Shown here: piece by piece, positions 8,777 through 19,910 of the stretch
How positions within the stretch are numbered: the stretch's first letter is position 1
How the letters are laid out: every line of letters starts with the position of its first letter
Sequence record: SRR33789315_132
DNA length: 64,000 nucleotides
Reading direction: 5' to 3' (one strand)
Made by a program: the position numbers and the translations under genes
The notes under the pieces: model-generated
Told to the model about the DNA's origin: nothing
Seen by the model: the letters and a program-made list of their open reading frames with translations, nothing else
The model's database searches: none

Positions 8777-9211
8777 ATGGTGTTTTACCTTCCGATACGT
8801 CGTTCACGTTGGCTGTACGCCATCAATGTAGTGCAGTGTAGCTGCGCTTTGCTTGCCTTATTGCATGTTGACCTGCCGCTCTTGGTGCGAGCGTTAGTAA
8901 TGCTGGCTATAGCTTGCTTTGGATGGCGCCTGTCGCCCCCGCCTCAAGCCTTGATGTTTAACAAGCAAGGATTGCAATTAATCGATAAGGACAAAAGTCT
9001 TCCAGCTCGCTTGGACGCGCAGTGTTACTGCAGCGAGTATCTGATTGCTCTATGCATTCTTGTCGAACGGGATAGTCACGCGCAGCATAGGCTTTGGCGA
9101 ATTTGGTCAAGGCGACGCTGGTTGCTTCTGTTTCCGGACTCTAGCAGTGCGGATGCACTGCGCAGATTGCGAGTGTTTTTGCGTTGGCATGCCCAGGCGT
9201 CCACTTTCTGA
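8777..9211 (+). CDS. ygfX: YgfX/CptA-like inner membrane protein
   Basis: Two N-terminal TM segments, C-terminal PDSSSADALRRLRVFLR; canonical position after sdhE. Confidence 0.7.
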   Translation: MVFYLPIRRSRWLYAINVVQCSCALLALLHVDLPLLVRALVMLAIACFGWRLSPPPQALMFNKQGLQLIDKDKSLPARLDAQCYCSEYLIALCILVERDSHAQHRLWRIWSRRRWLLLFPDSSSADALRRLRVFLRWHAQASTF

Positions 9212-9223
9212 CGCCGGTCTTAG

Positions 9224-10894
9224 CTAGTGTGGAGCTAAGGGGCTATTGCTGGGGATGAGAATGGTGTCTAGGGCTTTATCTAGCAGCTTAGGGTGATCGA
9301 CCGTAAAGTGCAGTCCTCTGCTCTCTTTGCGGGCGATGGCGCACTCCACGATTAGGCTGGCGACGAGAACAAGATTCCTGAGCTCTAGTAGATCCTTACT
9401 GACAATATAATGTTTGTAATATTCGTCGGTTTCTTGCGCTAACAGGCCGATGCGTCTGCGCGCGCGTTGTAGGCGTTCGTCTTTTCGAACAATGCCTACA
9501 TAGGCCCACATAAAGCGGCGCAGTTCGTCCCAATTATGAGAGACCACTACCTCTTCGTTGGAGCGTGTGACCAAACTTTCATCCCAACCTGGAATTTCCT
9601 CTGTTAACTCGGTGGTCGCTAGCTTTGAGCGAATGTCATCGCTGGCACTGAATGCCAACACGAAGCACTCCAGTAAGGAATTGCTGGCCATGCGGTTGGC
9701 GCCATGGAGCCCGGTAAACGAGGTTTCGCCAATGGCGTAAAGATTGGGTAGGTCGGTGCGCCCCATTTTGTCCACCATGATACCGCCGCAGGTGTAATGC
9801 GCGGCAGGGACTACTGGTATTCGGTCTTTGGTAATGTCGATGCCAAACTTCAGACAGCGCGAATAAATTGTAGGAAAGTGCTCCTTAACAAACGCAGGCG
9901 GTTTATGGGCAATATTGAGGTAAACGCAGTCGCAGCCCAAGCGCTTCATCTCGTGGTCGATTGCTCTGGCAACAATATCGCGCGGGGCTAGCTCACCGCG
10001 CGAATCAAATTGCGTCATGAAACGAGTGCCGTCCTCCAATTCGAGCCAAGCCCCTTCTCCACGTAGCGCCTCGCTAATCAGAAATGACTTAGCATGGGGA
10101 TGATAAAGGCAAGTGGGATGGAATTGGTTGAACTCCATGTTGGCGACTCTGCAACCTGCACGCCATGCCATCGCGATGCCATCTCCAGTGGCCCCATCGG
10201 GGTTAGTGGTAAACAGATAGGCTTTACTTGCGCCACCCGTGGCGAGAATCACGAAGCGTGCTCGAAAGAGGTCTATGGTGCCTGTTTCGGGGCAAAAGAT
10301 ATAAGCCCCTACACATTGCTCACCTTCTAATCCGAGTTTCTTACGGGTAATCAGATCGATCGCAACGCGGTTCTCAAACAAGTCTATGTTTGGACTAAGG
10401 CTGGCCTGTTTTGCTAGTGTTTCGAATACAGCGCGACCCGTGGCATCGGTTGCATGGATGATGCGACGATGACTGTGTCCACCTTCTTGAGTGAGGTGCA
10501 AGGGGGCCAGGTTGTCTGGTTTTAATGGCGCACGCGCGGCACCTTCCTTCGCCTCTTCGGGCGACACTGTGGTAAATGGCACTCCTTGCTCTACCAGCCA
10601 CTTCACACAGGCACCACTATTCTCGACGATATGGCTCACCATGTCGCGATGACACAGGCCGGCGCCGGAGTCTAGGGTGTCGGCAATATGGTCTTCGATG
10701 CTGTCTTCATCATCTAAAACAGCAGCAATGCCGCCTTGTGCCCAGAAAGTGGCGCCTTGGCTTAACTCGCCTTTGCTGATCACGGCGACCTTCGCAAAAT
10801 CGGCTGATTTCAGAGCTAAAGTAAGCCCCGCCGCGCCGCTGCCGATGATCAATATGTCGTAGTCGTAAACAGATGTGGTATTGTTGGCGCTCAT
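9224..10894 (-). CDS. nadB: L-aspartate oxidase
   Basis: [41 protein letters not shown] and ESRGLH; divergent from rpoE. Confidence 0.97.
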   Translation of the reverse strand: MSANNTTSVYDYDILIIGSGAAGLTLALKSADFAKVAVISKGELSQGATFWAQGGIAAVLDDEDSIEDHIADTLDSGAGLCHRDMVSHIVENSGACVKWLVEQGVPFTTVSPEEAKEGAARAPLKPDNLAPLHLTQEGGHSHRRIIHATDATGRAVFETLAKQASLSPNIDLFENRVAIDLITRKKLGLEGEQCVGAYIFCPETGTIDLFRARFVILATGGASKAYLFTTNPDGATGDGIAMAWRAGCRVANMEFNQFHPTCLYHPHAKSFLISEALRGEGAWLELEDGTRFMTQFDSRGELAPRDIVARAIDHEMKRLGCDCVYLNIAHKPPAFVKEHFPTIYSRCLKFGIDITKDRIPVVPAAHYTCGGIMVDKMGRTDLPNLYAIGETSFTGLHGANRMASNSLLECFVLAFSASDDIRSKLATTELTEEIPGWDESLVTRSNEEVVVSHNWDELRRFMWAYVGIVRKDERLQRARRRIGLLAQETDEYYKHYIVSKDLLELRNLVLVASLIVECAIARKESRGLHFTVDHPKLLDKALDTILIPSNSPLAPH

Positions 10895-11038
10895 TGTCGT
10901 GGCGTTCGGTCATTGATGAATGAAGGGTGGAAACACCCTGCAGCAGGCAGAGGTCACACGAAGCGGCCTATATTACAGTCAGGTTGCTAGAAAGTGTTAA
11001 TACAGACTGTCGCTAGTTGCGAAATCGAACCTCTACCT

Positions 11039-11065
11039 GAACTAAAGTTAATCCTCGTGGTCTAT
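11039..11065 (+). promoter_or_regulatory. SigmaE/AlgU-type promoter upstream of rpoE (autoregulation)
   Basis: GAACTA-N16-TCTAT versus consensus GAACTT-N16/17-TCTRA. Confidence 0.7.
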
Positions 11066-11133
11066 TCCTTGACGAAATTACGCCCTAAAATTTGCTCTTT
11101 TGCACCACTGCATTCTGCTAGGAGACGTGCGCA

Positions 11134-11703
11134 ATGAAGCACGACACTGACCAGCAGCTGGTGGACCGCGTTCTCGCGGGGGACAAGTCGGCATTTAACT
11201 TCCTCGTATTACGCTATCAGCATAAAGTCGCGGCATTGATTTCACGTTTCGTAAAGGATTCCCACGAAGTAGAGGATGTCTCTCAAGAGGCTTTCATCAA
11301 GGCCTATCGTGCCCTCAAGTTGTTCCGTGGCGATAGCGCTTTCTATACATGGCTGTACCGTATCGCGGTGAATACCGCGAAGAATTATCTGGTATCGCGA
11401 GGCAGGCGGCCCCCGTCCACCGATTTTGACCTTGATGATGCGGAGCTTGTAGAGGACACGGCCGCGCTGCGAGAGAGTGAGACACCCGATGGACAGTTCG
11501 ATCGCGAGAAATTGGAAGCGTTAATCAACCAAGCTATCGAAGATTTACCCGAAGACTTGCGTACCGCGTTTCGTCTGCGTGAATTCTCTGGGCTAAGCTA
11601 TGAGGACATTACAGAAATCATGGATTGCCCTGTTGGCACGGTGCGTTCACGTATTTTCAGGGCCCGAGAGGCGATCGATAAAAAAATTCGCGAGTTTATG
11701 TAA
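11134..11703 (+). CDS. rpoE: ECF sigma factor RpoE/AlgU
   Basis: FRGDSAFYTWLYRIAVNTAKN and CPVGTVRSRIFRARE. Confidence 0.97.
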   Translation: MKHDTDQQLVDRVLAGDKSAFNFLVLRYQHKVAALISRFVKDSHEVEDVSQEAFIKAYRALKLFRGDSAFYTWLYRIAVNTAKNYLVSRGRRPPSTDFDLDDAELVEDTAALRESETPDGQFDREKLEALINQAIEDLPEDLRTAFRLREFSGLSYEDITEIMDCPVGTVRSRIFRAREAIDKKIREFM

Positions 11704-11709
11704 TTTCTT

Positions 11710-11737
11710 GGAACCAAGCATTCGGAATGTTGTCATA
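11710..11737 (+). promoter_or_regulatory. Second sigmaE-type promoter upstream of rseA
   Basis: GGAACCA-N16-TCATA, preceded by G (GTCATA). Confidence 0.55.
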
Positions 11738-11866
11738 CTCGTAACAATGTCAGATTTATGCCATATTTCAAATAAACTGAGTATGCGTAAAGTGAAAAAT
11801 CTAGTCTAAACGGTTTACCCCTATCCCCAACTGCCCATGCGCAGTTGCAGTCTGCAGAGGTATTGG

Positions 11867-12463
11867 ATGAGTTTGGAAAATAGTCGCGGTCACTCGTTTG
11901 AGGAGTCCTTGTCTGCATTGCTAGACAATGAGGCTGACGATCTAGAAATCCGCAGGTTGCTCAAAAAAGCTCCGCAAGACAAGGAGTTAGCAGAAACCTG
12001 GAGACGATTCAACATGGTGAGCTCTGTGCTTCATCATGAAGAGGTAGCCCCTGTGTCGGCCGCTACTTCACAGCGCATCTTCGACGCAATTGACGCCGAA
12101 GACGCCTACAGCGTTAGTGAGTCTAAGTCAGGCCTTAATTCAGTGGGTACACTTTGGAAAGGCGTTGGACGTATGGCGGTCGCTGCCTCTGTAGCACTTG
12201 CTGCCTTCATTTCCTTTCAAAACTTCATTCTAGAGCCAGTTGGCACCGCCCCAGTTGCAGTGAAAAGTGCGCCAGTGTCTGAGACCATGCAGGTCGCCGA
12301 TACCAAGCGTGTGGTCGAGTTCGATGCCGCTGCGCAGCAGCGTCTTAACGACTATATTGAAAGCGCGTCGATTCAGTTCATCGACAGCAATGACTCAAGA
12401 CCTCAGTTTAATATCCTTGAGGATTCCCAGCTGATTCGTCAGGTGAATCAGATAGAACCCTAA
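11867..12463 (+). CDS. rseA: Anti-sigmaE factor RseA/MucA
   Basis: ESLSALLDNEADDLEIRRLL, ETWRRF, single TM MAVAASVALAA, QRLNDY; GAGG SD before ATG 11867. Confidence 0.9.
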   Translation: MSLENSRGHSFEESLSALLDNEADDLEIRRLLKKAPQDKELAETWRRFNMVSSVLHHEEVAPVSAATSQRIFDAIDAEDAYSVSESKSGLNSVGTLWKGVGRMAVAASVALAAFISFQNFILEPVGTAPVAVKSAPVSETMQVADTKRVVEFDAAAQQRLNDYIESASIQFIDSNDSRPQFNILEDSQLIRQVNQIEP

Positions 12464-12648
12464 ACGCAATGATGAGCAGGGCTGCGTAAGCAGGCCTGCT
12501 GATTGCGACCTTCCTTATTTCCCTTAGCACTTTGTAATCTTTTCATACAAAGCTTGCCCACTTATCGCTCGCGCTGTACTTTACGACTCTGACACGAGGT
12601 CGGCCCCTGACGCCGTGCCGCTGTGTTCCGCATTTTGGGAGTCAAAGT

Positions 12649-14064
12649 ATGAAATTTCTATGCTGGACGGCGCGTTCAAACTTGCAAACAACATTATTAG
12701 CGCTTCTGCTCACTCTGTTCTCGATCCACTCTCAAGCAGCTTCGTCCTTGCCGGATTTTGCGGACCTTGTTGAAAAAAACGCACCAGCAATTGTTAATAT
12801 AGCCACTCTTCAAACAGTCCGCGCTAGGAGTTCTGGGCGTAGCAACGAGATTGAAGAACTCTTGCGGCGTCTAGCCCCTGGAGATCAACTGCCACCAGAC
12901 TTCGACGATCTTCCTTCTCGTCCACGGGGCGGAGTTGGCTCAGGGTTTATCATTTCTGAAGATGGCTATTTGATCACCAATCATCATGTGGTTACAGGCG
13001 CCGATCAGATCACTGTCACTCTCAACGATCGACGTGTGTTTGAAGCCAAGGTCATCGGTACCGATGAGCTATCCGACGTGGCCTTACTCAAGATTGAAGC
13101 GACCGGCTTGCCTGCCGTCTCTTTCGGAGACTCCGAAAGTATCCGCGTTGGGGAGTGGGTGCTCGCGATTGGGTCTCCTTTCGGGCTCGAGTTTTCAGCC
13201 GCCGCAGGCATCGTGAGTGCAAAAGGACGTGCAGTGCCGGGTAATCAGACGAATTATGTCTCATTTATTCAGACCGATGTGGCAATCAATCAGGGCAACT
13301 CCGGTGGCCCCTTGTTCAATCTCGATGGAGAAGTCATCGGCATTAACTCGCAAATACTCAGCAGCTCTGGCGGTTCAAACGGCGTGTCGTTTGCCATTCC
13401 TAGTAGCGTTGCCCTTAATGTAGTCGAGCAGTTACGCGAGACCGGTACGGTAAGCCGTGGACTACTTGGTGTGCTTATCAAGGATGTGGATTTTGCATTG
13501 GCAGAAGCCTTCCAGATGCCCCGTCCACGCGGCGCCTTTGTAGACGAGGTGCAACCGGGAAGCCCCGCTGAGATGGGTGGGGTGCAGAACGACGACATCA
13601 TTATCGGCTTCAATGATCGTGAAATAGAGTCCTCCTCACAGCTGCCTTTCTACGTGGGGCAAGTGCGTCCCGGCAGCACAGCGCAACTGACGATTATGCG
13701 CAATGGCTCCGTCATACAGGTTCCCGTTGTAGTGGGCAGTCTACCCGGGAGTGGCATTGCCTCTTCGAATCCGCAAATCGAACCCCCTCGAGCGAATACT
13801 CTTGGACTCACAGTGAGTGAGTTGAGCGAAGAGGCCCAAGACGTTGCGGGAATAGAAGGCGTGCGAGTAGACGAGCTGGACGACGGCCCTGCGGCAAGCG
13901 CTGGACTGATCAATGGCGATGTAATCCTAGAGCTCAACCGTCTTGCCGTGCCGACAGTTGAAGCATTTAGTTTGGCGGTTGAATCACTTCCTGATTCGGG
14001 CTTTGTGCCCATTCGCATCTGGCGCGAAGGCCGTGGCACGACATTGGTGCTAGAGCTGGAATAG
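12649..14064 (+). CDS. mucD: HtrA/DegP-DegQ family periplasmic serine protease (MucD-like), two PDZ domains
   Basis: Signal peptide, GSGFII, TNHHV, DVALLK, GNSGGPL; position between rseA and lepA. Confidence 0.9.
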   Translation: MKFLCWTARSNLQTTLLALLLTLFSIHSQAASSLPDFADLVEKNAPAIVNIATLQTVRARSSGRSNEIEELLRRLAPGDQLPPDFDDLPSRPRGGVGSGFIISEDGYLITNHHVVTGADQITVTLNDRRVFEAKVIGTDELSDVALLKIEATGLPAVSFGDSESIRVGEWVLAIGSPFGLEFSAAAGIVSAKGRAVPGNQTNYVSFIQTDVAINQGNSGGPLFNLDGEVIGINSQILSSSGGSNGVSFAIPSSVALNVVEQLRETGTVSRGLLGVLIKDVDFALAEAFQMPRPRGAFVDEVQPGSPAEMGGVQNDDIIIGFNDREIESSSQLPFYVGQVRPGSTAQLTIMRNGSVIQVPVVVGSLPGSGIASSNPQIEPPRANTLGLTVSELSEEAQDVAGIEGVRVDELDDGPAASAGLINGDVILELNRLAVPTVEAFSLAVESLPDSGFVPIRIWREGRGTTLVLELE

Positions 14065-14316
14065 GGCGCTGCCTGCCCAGCAGGCGACAGGGCGGATCTT
14101 CCACAAGCCTAAAACAGTCGCTTCCAAGCGCCTGTTTGGCTTGATCCTGCCGTACAATATTCCACTGACAGTCCCAAGCGAATGCTGTAGACTTGCGGCC
14201 TTGATTTTAGAGCCTCCGGCAAACTGCAGTAAGCCATGCAAAACACGCAAAGCCCTGCAATTCTCGCCGTTGCCCGAAGTTCAAACCCATTAATTATTGA
14301 TTTGTGATCCTATCCT

Positions 14317-16116
14317 GTGAGCGACCTAAGCCATATCCGCAATTTCTCCATCATTGCCCACATCGACCATGGTAAATCCACCTTGGCCGACCGCTTTATT
14401 CAAACCTGCGGCGGTCTAGCTGACCGTGAAATGGATGAGCAAGTGCTGGACTCCCTCGATATTGAGCGCGAGCGTGGCATTACGATCAAGGCGCAGAGCG
14501 TTACGCTGTATTACACCAGCCTCGCCGGTAAGCGCTATCAATTGAATTTCATCGATACTCCCGGACACGTCGACTTCACTTACGAAGTCTCGCGCTCGTT
14601 GGCGGCCTGCGAAGGGGCGTTATTGGTGGTCGATGCGGGTCAAGGCGTGGAAGCGCAATCGGTTGCCACTTGCTATACCGCGATCGAGCAAGGGCTAGAA
14701 GTGATTCCAGTCCTCAACAAAATGGATCTGCCTCAGGCGGAGCCTGAGAAAGTGCGTCAAGAGATCGAGGAAATTATCGGCATTGATGCGTCTGCGGCCG
14801 TGTGTGCCAGTGCTAAAACCGGCATGGGGATTATCGAGATACTCGAAGAATTAGTCCGCCTTGTTCCGCCACCTGTTGGCGACGTAGACGCGCCGCTCCA
14901 AGCCTTGATTATCGACTCCTGGTTCGACAACTATCTAGGTGTTGTCTCATTGGTGCGAGTCAAGCAAGGCACGCTGCGAAAAGGCGATAAGATTATCGTG
15001 AAGTCACTCGGCAAGTCGCATCTCGTCGACGGCGTCGGAGTGTTTTCTCCGAAACGCTTAGAGACCGATGTACTTCGCGCTGGGGAAGTTGGTTGGGTAG
15101 TGGCTGGAATTAAGGTCATTAAAGGAGCGCCAGTGGGAGATACCCTCACTCACGCGTCGACCTCTACAGTTCCTGCATTGGCGGGGTTTAAGAAGATACA
15201 GCCGCAAGTTTATGCGGGTCTTTTCCCGGTTTCTTCCGACGATTTCGAGGACTTCCGCGAGGCACTAGAGAAGTTGACGCTTAACGACGCTTCTCTGTAT
15301 TACGAGCCAGAGAGTTCGGATGCACTTGGCTTCGGATTTCGCTGTGGTTTCCTCGGCATGTTGCACATGGAGATCATTCAGGAGCGTTTGGAGAGAGAAT
15401 ACGATTTATCTCTCATTACGACAGCGCCAACGGTAGTTTATGAGGTCTTATTAACGAACGGTGAAACCGTTCGGGTAGACAGTCCTTCATCGTTGCCAGC
15501 GATTACGTCTATCGATGAGATGCGTGAGCCAATCGTCCTCGCGAGCATGCTTGTACCACATGAATACTTAGGCAATATCATTACATTGTGTGTCAGTCGT
15601 CGCGGTGTGCAGCGCGACATGCAATTCATCGGTCGCCAAGTATCCTTGCGCTATGAGTTGCCAATGAATGAAGTCGTCTTGGATTTCTTCGACAAGCTAA
15701 AGTCTGCGAGTCGTGGCTATGCATCTTTGGATTATCATTTTATTCGTTTCGAACCAGCTAATCTGGTGCGCCTAGACGTTTTGATCAACGGAGATCGTGT
15801 TGATGCACTTGCTCTGATCGTGCATCGTGATCAAGCCCATCATAAGGGGCGCCTGTTGGTCGAGAAAATGAAAGAGCTGATTCCTAGGCAAATGTATGAT
15901 GTTGCAATTCAAGCGGCCATCGGCGGTCAAATTATCGCGCGCCAGACCGTTAAAGCCTTGCGCAAGAACGTGACGGCTAAGTGCTATGGTGGCGATGTCA
16001 GCAGAAAGAAAAAACTATTAGAAAAACAGAAAGCCGGTAAGAAACGCATGAAAAAAGTCGGCAATATTGAGGTTCCGCAAGAAGCATTCCTCGCAGTGTT
16101 GAAGGTGGATAGTTAA
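14317..16116 (+). CDS. lepA: Elongation factor 4
   Basis: [25 protein letters not shown] and KCYGGD. Confidence 0.98.
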   Translation: MSDLSHIRNFSIIAHIDHGKSTLADRFIQTCGGLADREMDEQVLDSLDIERERGITIKAQSVTLYYTSLAGKRYQLNFIDTPGHVDFTYEVSRSLAACEGALLVVDAGQGVEAQSVATCYTAIEQGLEVIPVLNKMDLPQAEPEKVRQEIEEIIGIDASAAVCASAKTGMGIIEILEELVRLVPPPVGDVDAPLQALIIDSWFDNYLGVVSLVRVKQGTLRKGDKIIVKSLGKSHLVDGVGVFSPKRLETDVLRAGEVGWVVAGIKVIKGAPVGDTLTHASTSTVPALAGFKKIQPQVYAGLFPVSSDDFEDFREALEKLTLNDASLYYEPESSDALGFGFRCGFLGMLHMEIIQERLEREYDLSLITTAPTVVYEVLLTNGETVRVDSPSSLPAITSIDEMREPIVLASMLVPHEYLGNIITLCVSRRGVQRDMQFIGRQVSLRYELPMNEVVLDFFDKLKSASRGYASLDYHFIRFEPANLVRLDVLINGDRVDALALIVHRDQAHHKGRLLVEKMKELIPRQMYDVAIQAAIGGQIIARQTVKALRKNVTAKCYGGDVSRKKKLLEKQKAGKKRMKKVGNIEVPQEAFLAVLKVDS

Positions 16117-16952
16117 TGGATATCGATTTTTCGTTGGTGTTGCTCGTACTCGTTGTAGTCTCTGGCGTGATTGCGCTTCTGGATCGGCAGCTTCGCGAGA
16201 AGGATCGCAAGGCGGCTGCCGATAGACTGCGTTCAGCACAACAACCGCATTCCGACGCCTTGAAAGTGGCTATCGCTGAGGCTGAGCGCGAGCCCGTAGT
16301 CGTCGAATATGCAAAGTCTTTCTTCCCCGTTCTCTTGATTGTATTGGTGCTGCGCTCGTTCCTCGTTGAACCCTTTCAGATTCCCTCAGGCTCGATGATT
16401 CCCACTCTCGAAGTCGGCGATTTCATCCTCGTCAATAAATATACTTATGGTCTAAGGCTGCCAGTGATTGGAACCAAGATCGTCCCGATCAATGAGCCAA
16501 AGCGTGGCGAGGTTATGGTGTTTATCCCGCCTCACGACAAGCGCTACTTTATTAAGCGTGTTGTAGGCTTGCCTGGAGATACCATTCGCTATGAGGATAA
16601 AATTCTCTATATCAACGGCGAACAAATAGAGTCCGAAGTAATAGATGAAACCCAGATCGAAATGCCAAACGGCTTCGTTCAATCGGGAATTTTAATGCAA
16701 GAAACACTTGGCGTGGCGGAGCATCTAACACAGATTATCAATACTCCGCCGCGAGACAGCGGACGCACTGTCTGGGTAGTGCCCGAGGGGCATTACTTCA
16801 TGATGGGTGACAATCGTGACAACAGTGCGGACAGCCGGGTATGGGGCGCCGTGCCCGAGAAAAATATCGTAGGAAAAGCCTTTGCCGTGTGGATGCACAA
16901 GGAGCCAGGTCTTAGTCTGCCTAGCTTTAGTCGTAACGGGTTGATTTACTGA
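16116..16952 (+). CDS. lepB: Signal peptidase I
   Basis: EPFQIPSGSMIPTL, IKRVVGLPGD and GDNRDNSADSR; TAATG overlap with lepA. Confidence 0.97.
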   Translation: MDIDFSLVLLVLVVVSGVIALLDRQLREKDRKAAADRLRSAQQPHSDALKVAIAEAEREPVVVEYAKSFFPVLLIVLVLRSFLVEPFQIPSGSMIPTLEVGDFILVNKYTYGLRLPVIGTKIVPINEPKRGEVMVFIPPHDKRYFIKRVVGLPGDTIRYEDKILYINGEQIESEVIDETQIEMPNGFVQSGILMQETLGVAEHLTQIINTPPRDSGRTVWVVPEGHYFMMGDNRDNSADSRVWGAVPEKNIVGKAFAVWMHKEPGLSLPSFSRNGLIY

Positions 16953-16991
16953 AAACGAGCACTACGTCGCGTTGTGACGCCGTGTCAGCGC

Positions 16992-16997
16992 TATAAT
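16992..16997 (+). promoter_or_regulatory. Possible sigma70 -10 for DUF4845-rnc-era-recO
   Basis: Perfect TATAAT in a 104-bp gap; no well-spaced -35. Confidence 0.3.
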
Positions 16998-17056
16998 GAT
17001 TCGGCTTCGTAATGCATCGAGTGATGCCTATAACCCCGTAGATTGCAGGTGATGTC

Positions 17057-17434
17057 ATGAACACAATGCTGAATGCTTTGCCCCACCAACAGCGTGGTTT
17101 CTCGAAACTAGGTCTTGTTTGCATGCTGGTCTTACTAGTTAGCGGACTGACCCTTGGCTTAAAGGTGCTTCCTGTCTATATCGATCATAATTTCGTGCAT
17201 GGCGTGGCGGAAACTCTAGCGGAGAGTGGTCGAGCGAACTCTATGACTCAGGCGGAAGTGCGCGACGAGATCTCCGCTAGTTTGCGCGTGAACAATATTC
17301 ATGACTTCGATGTCAGCGATATTTCCACAACTCGCGTTAATGGCGCGAATGCGATCAGTATTAAATACGAGCGGCGCATTCCTCTCGTCGCTAATATTGA
17401 CGTGATTCTCAGTTTCGACGATCAAATTCAATAA
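17057..17434 (+). CDS. DUF4845 family protein (pilin-like N-terminus)
   Basis: QQRGFS plus hydrophobic helix, YERRIPLVANIDV; usual lepB-rnc position. Confidence 0.85.
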   Translation: MNTMLNALPHQQRGFSKLGLVCMLVLLVSGLTLGLKVLPVYIDHNFVHGVAETLAESGRANSMTQAEVRDEISASLRVNNIHDFDVSDISTTRVNGANAISIKYERRIPLVANIDVILSFDDQIQ

Positions 17435-18109
17435 ATGTCGGCATCCGTAAAAAAGCTGGAGAAAGCCTTCTCCTATTCGTTCGCAGAGCAAAGCCTTGCC
17501 GAATTGGCGTTGACCCATAGTAGTGCCAGTGCGTTGAGTAACGAACGCTTAGAGTTTCTCGGCGATGCAATTCTTGGTTTTGTGATTGCGGCAGAGTTAT
17601 ATGCACGCTATCCAGAAGCCCCGGAGGGGGAGCTCAGTCGCATGCGAGCGAGCCTAGTGAATCAGCAGAGCCTTGCCGATATCGCCAACTCCGTGCAACT
17701 GGGAGAGTTGTTGATTCTCGGGCCTGGAGAGTTAAAGAGTGGCGGGCGTAGTCGTGCCTCTATCCTATCCGATGCGGTGGAGGCAGTGTTCGGGGCTATC
17801 TATATCGATGGAGGCCTAGAGGCAGCTCGACAGACGATTCTGCAAATCTATGGCAAGATACTCCTTAATACCGGCAAAGCGGAGCATCGAAAAGACTCGA
17901 AGACTCGACTGCAGGAGTTCTTACAAAGCAAGAGTGTAGCGTTACCTGTTTACGAAGTGCTCGGCATTGAAGGCGAGGACCACGAACAGACCTTTGTAGT
18001 GGCTTGCCGAATAGACTTATTAGAAAATGCCACCGAAGGCAGTGGAAGCAATCGCAAATTGGCGGAACAACAAGCTGCGCAGAGAGCGCTACAAGCCCTT
18101 GGGTTGTAG
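17435..18109 (+). CDS. rnc: Ribonuclease III
   Basis: [15 protein letters not shown], dsRBD KTRLQE..AEQQAA. Confidence 0.97.
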   Translation: MSASVKKLEKAFSYSFAEQSLAELALTHSSASALSNERLEFLGDAILGFVIAAELYARYPEAPEGELSRMRASLVNQQSLADIANSVQLGELLILGPGELKSGGRSRASILSDAVEAVFGAIYIDGGLEAARQTILQIYGKILLNTGKAEHRKDSKTRLQEFLQSKSVALPVYEVLGIEGEDHEQTFVVACRIDLLENATEGSGSNRKLAEQQAAQRALQALGL

Positions 18110-18138
18110 TGGATTTCAGAGCAATTAACGGATCACAT

Positions 18139-19053
18139 ATGCAAGATGAACAGCACCCAGAAGACGAGCAACGTTGTGGATTTATCGCCATCGTTGGTCG
18201 CCCCAATGTCGGTAAATCGACGTTACTCAATCACGTGTTGCATCAGAAAATTAGTATTACCTCCCGTAAGCCGCAAACTACACGTCATCGCATCCTTGGC
18301 ATTAAGACAATTGGAGCTAACCAGTTTGTCTACGTTGACACACCCGGTATGCACAAGAGCCAGAAGAAAGCCATCAATCGTATGATGAATCAAACAGCGA
18401 CAAGCGCGCTAGATGGTGTCGATGTCGTATTATTTGTGGTGGAACGACTAGTATTTAATGAGGAAGATCAGATCGTTTTAGAGGCGCTTCGCAAAGTGAA
18501 GGTGCCGGTATTATTGCTCATCAACAAGTGTGATTTGCTTGATTCACGTGAGCGACTTCTGCCTCATATTGAACGCCTATCTAAGTACAGAGATTTTGCA
18601 GAAATTATTCCATTGTCGGTACTCGGTGGGCACAATATCGATACCGTCGAAGAGTGTGTGAAGAAGCATCTGCCACTTGGCCCATTTATGTATCCAGAAG
18701 ATCAAATCACTGATCGCAGCTCGCGCTTCATGGCCGCTGAGATCATTCGTGAGAAGATTACGCGCCAGCTCGGCGATGAACTGCCTTATGAAGTCACCGT
18801 AGAGATCGAGAAATACACTATCCAAGATTCGGTAGTGCATATCCACGCTCTTGTCTTAGTCGACAAAGAGAGCCAGAAGCAGATTATCATCGGGACGAAG
18901 GGCGACCGTCTTAAGACAATTGGCAGCGCCGCGCGAATCGATATGGAAAAAGCCTTCGAGTCGAAAGTGATGTTAAATCTTTGGGTGAAAGTGAAGTCTG
19001 GTTGGGCTGATGACGAACGCGCACTGCAAAGTTTAGGCTATTATCAAGACTGA
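18139..19053 (+). CDS. era: GTPase Era
   Basis: [17 protein letters not shown] and KH domain; start at ATG 18139. Confidence 0.97.
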   Translation: MQDEQHPEDEQRCGFIAIVGRPNVGKSTLLNHVLHQKISITSRKPQTTRHRILGIKTIGANQFVYVDTPGMHKSQKKAINRMMNQTATSALDGVDVVLFVVERLVFNEEDQIVLEALRKVKVPVLLLINKCDLLDSRERLLPHIERLSKYRDFAEIIPLSVLGGHNIDTVEECVKKHLPLGPFMYPEDQITDRSSRFMAAEIIREKITRQLGDELPYEVTVEIEKYTIQDSVVHIHALVLVDKESQKQIIIGTKGDRLKTIGSAARIDMEKAFESKVMLNLWVKVKSGWADDERALQSLGYYQD

Positions 19054-19095
19054 ACAAGATCCCTTTGTCCTACTGCCCATTCGGGAGTGAACTGC

Positions 19096-19827
19096 ATGCG
19101 CAGCAAAGTTGATTTGCAACCCGCGTATGTGTTGCATACACAAGCCTTTCAGAATACCAGCCTGCTAGTAGATTTTTTCTGCGTCGATTATGGTCGGGTT
19201 CGTGCAGTTGCCAAAGGGGCGCGACGTGCTGGCTCTCGTACACGTGCATTTCTTCAACCCTTCCAGCCTGTATTGATCTCCCTAGCAGGGAAAACTGAAT
19301 TAAAGAGTCTTATCTCCATAGAAGGGAGCGTAAGCGCGCTACGCCTGCAGGGCACACGCCTGTTCAGTGGGCTCTACATCAATGAACTGCTAGTTCGCCT
19401 AGTGATGTTTCAAGAAAGTATTCCTGAACTCTATCGTAGCTACCAAGAGGCAATCGTTGCGCTCTCCGGTGAGCGAGACCTGCAAACCATATTACGTAAA
19501 TTCGAACTCAGTTTATTGGATGCTCTTGGCTATGGCATCGATTTACATAGCGACTGCTATAGCGGCCAGCAAATCAGTGCCGATGGTCATTATCTGTTCC
19601 ATCCCGATATCGGTTTTGAAAAACTTCTTACTTTTGCCCCGGGTAGTCGCAGCAATAACGCGGTATTCAGCGGGGCAGAGCTTGTTGCGCTGCGCAATGG
19701 GGAATTCGAGAATAAGGCTTATAGTCAAGCCGCTCGGAGACTCACGCGTATCGCCCTACAAGTGCATCTAGGGGACAAACCACTCGCTAGTCGCGACCTG
19801 TTCGCCCGTGCTAGCCGCTCCGATTGA
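19096..19827 (+). CDS. recO: DNA repair protein RecO
   Basis: AYVLH..TSLLV, LQPFQP, GLYINELL, KPLASRDLF; follows era. Confidence 0.95.
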   Translation: MRSKVDLQPAYVLHTQAFQNTSLLVDFFCVDYGRVRAVAKGARRAGSRTRAFLQPFQPVLISLAGKTELKSLISIEGSVSALRLQGTRLFSGLYINELLVRLVMFQESIPELYRSYQEAIVALSGERDLQTILRKFELSLLDALGYGIDLHSDCYSGQQISADGHYLFHPDIGFEKLLTFAPGSRSNNAVFSGAELVALRNGEFENKAYSQAARRLTRIALQVHLGDKPLASRDLFARASRSD

Positions 19828-19851
19828 CCAAGCCTAAACCCGTGCATCGCT

Positions 19852-19879
19852 TTGCGTGCCGTCCAATACAGGGTAAAAT
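19852..19879 (+). promoter_or_regulatory. Putative sigma70 promoter for cysM-rlmD-relA-mazG
   Basis: TTGCGT-N16-TAAAAT followed by GC-rich CGCGC. Confidence 0.35.
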
Positions 19880-19910
19880 CGCGCAAATTTTTTAAACGCG
19901 GGATTACGCG

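Noticed and set aside
8499..9211. sdhE-ygfX as a CptAB toxin-antitoxin pair
   Set aside because: This is a conserved housekeeping arrangement; SdhE is a flavinylation factor and the TA interpretation is disputed.
18004..18138. Long N-terminal extensions in the ORF track (era; also ltaE, rseA, relA, skp, lpxA, accA)
   Set aside because: These are artefacts of taking the first possible start; downstream starts fit homologs and/or SD sites.
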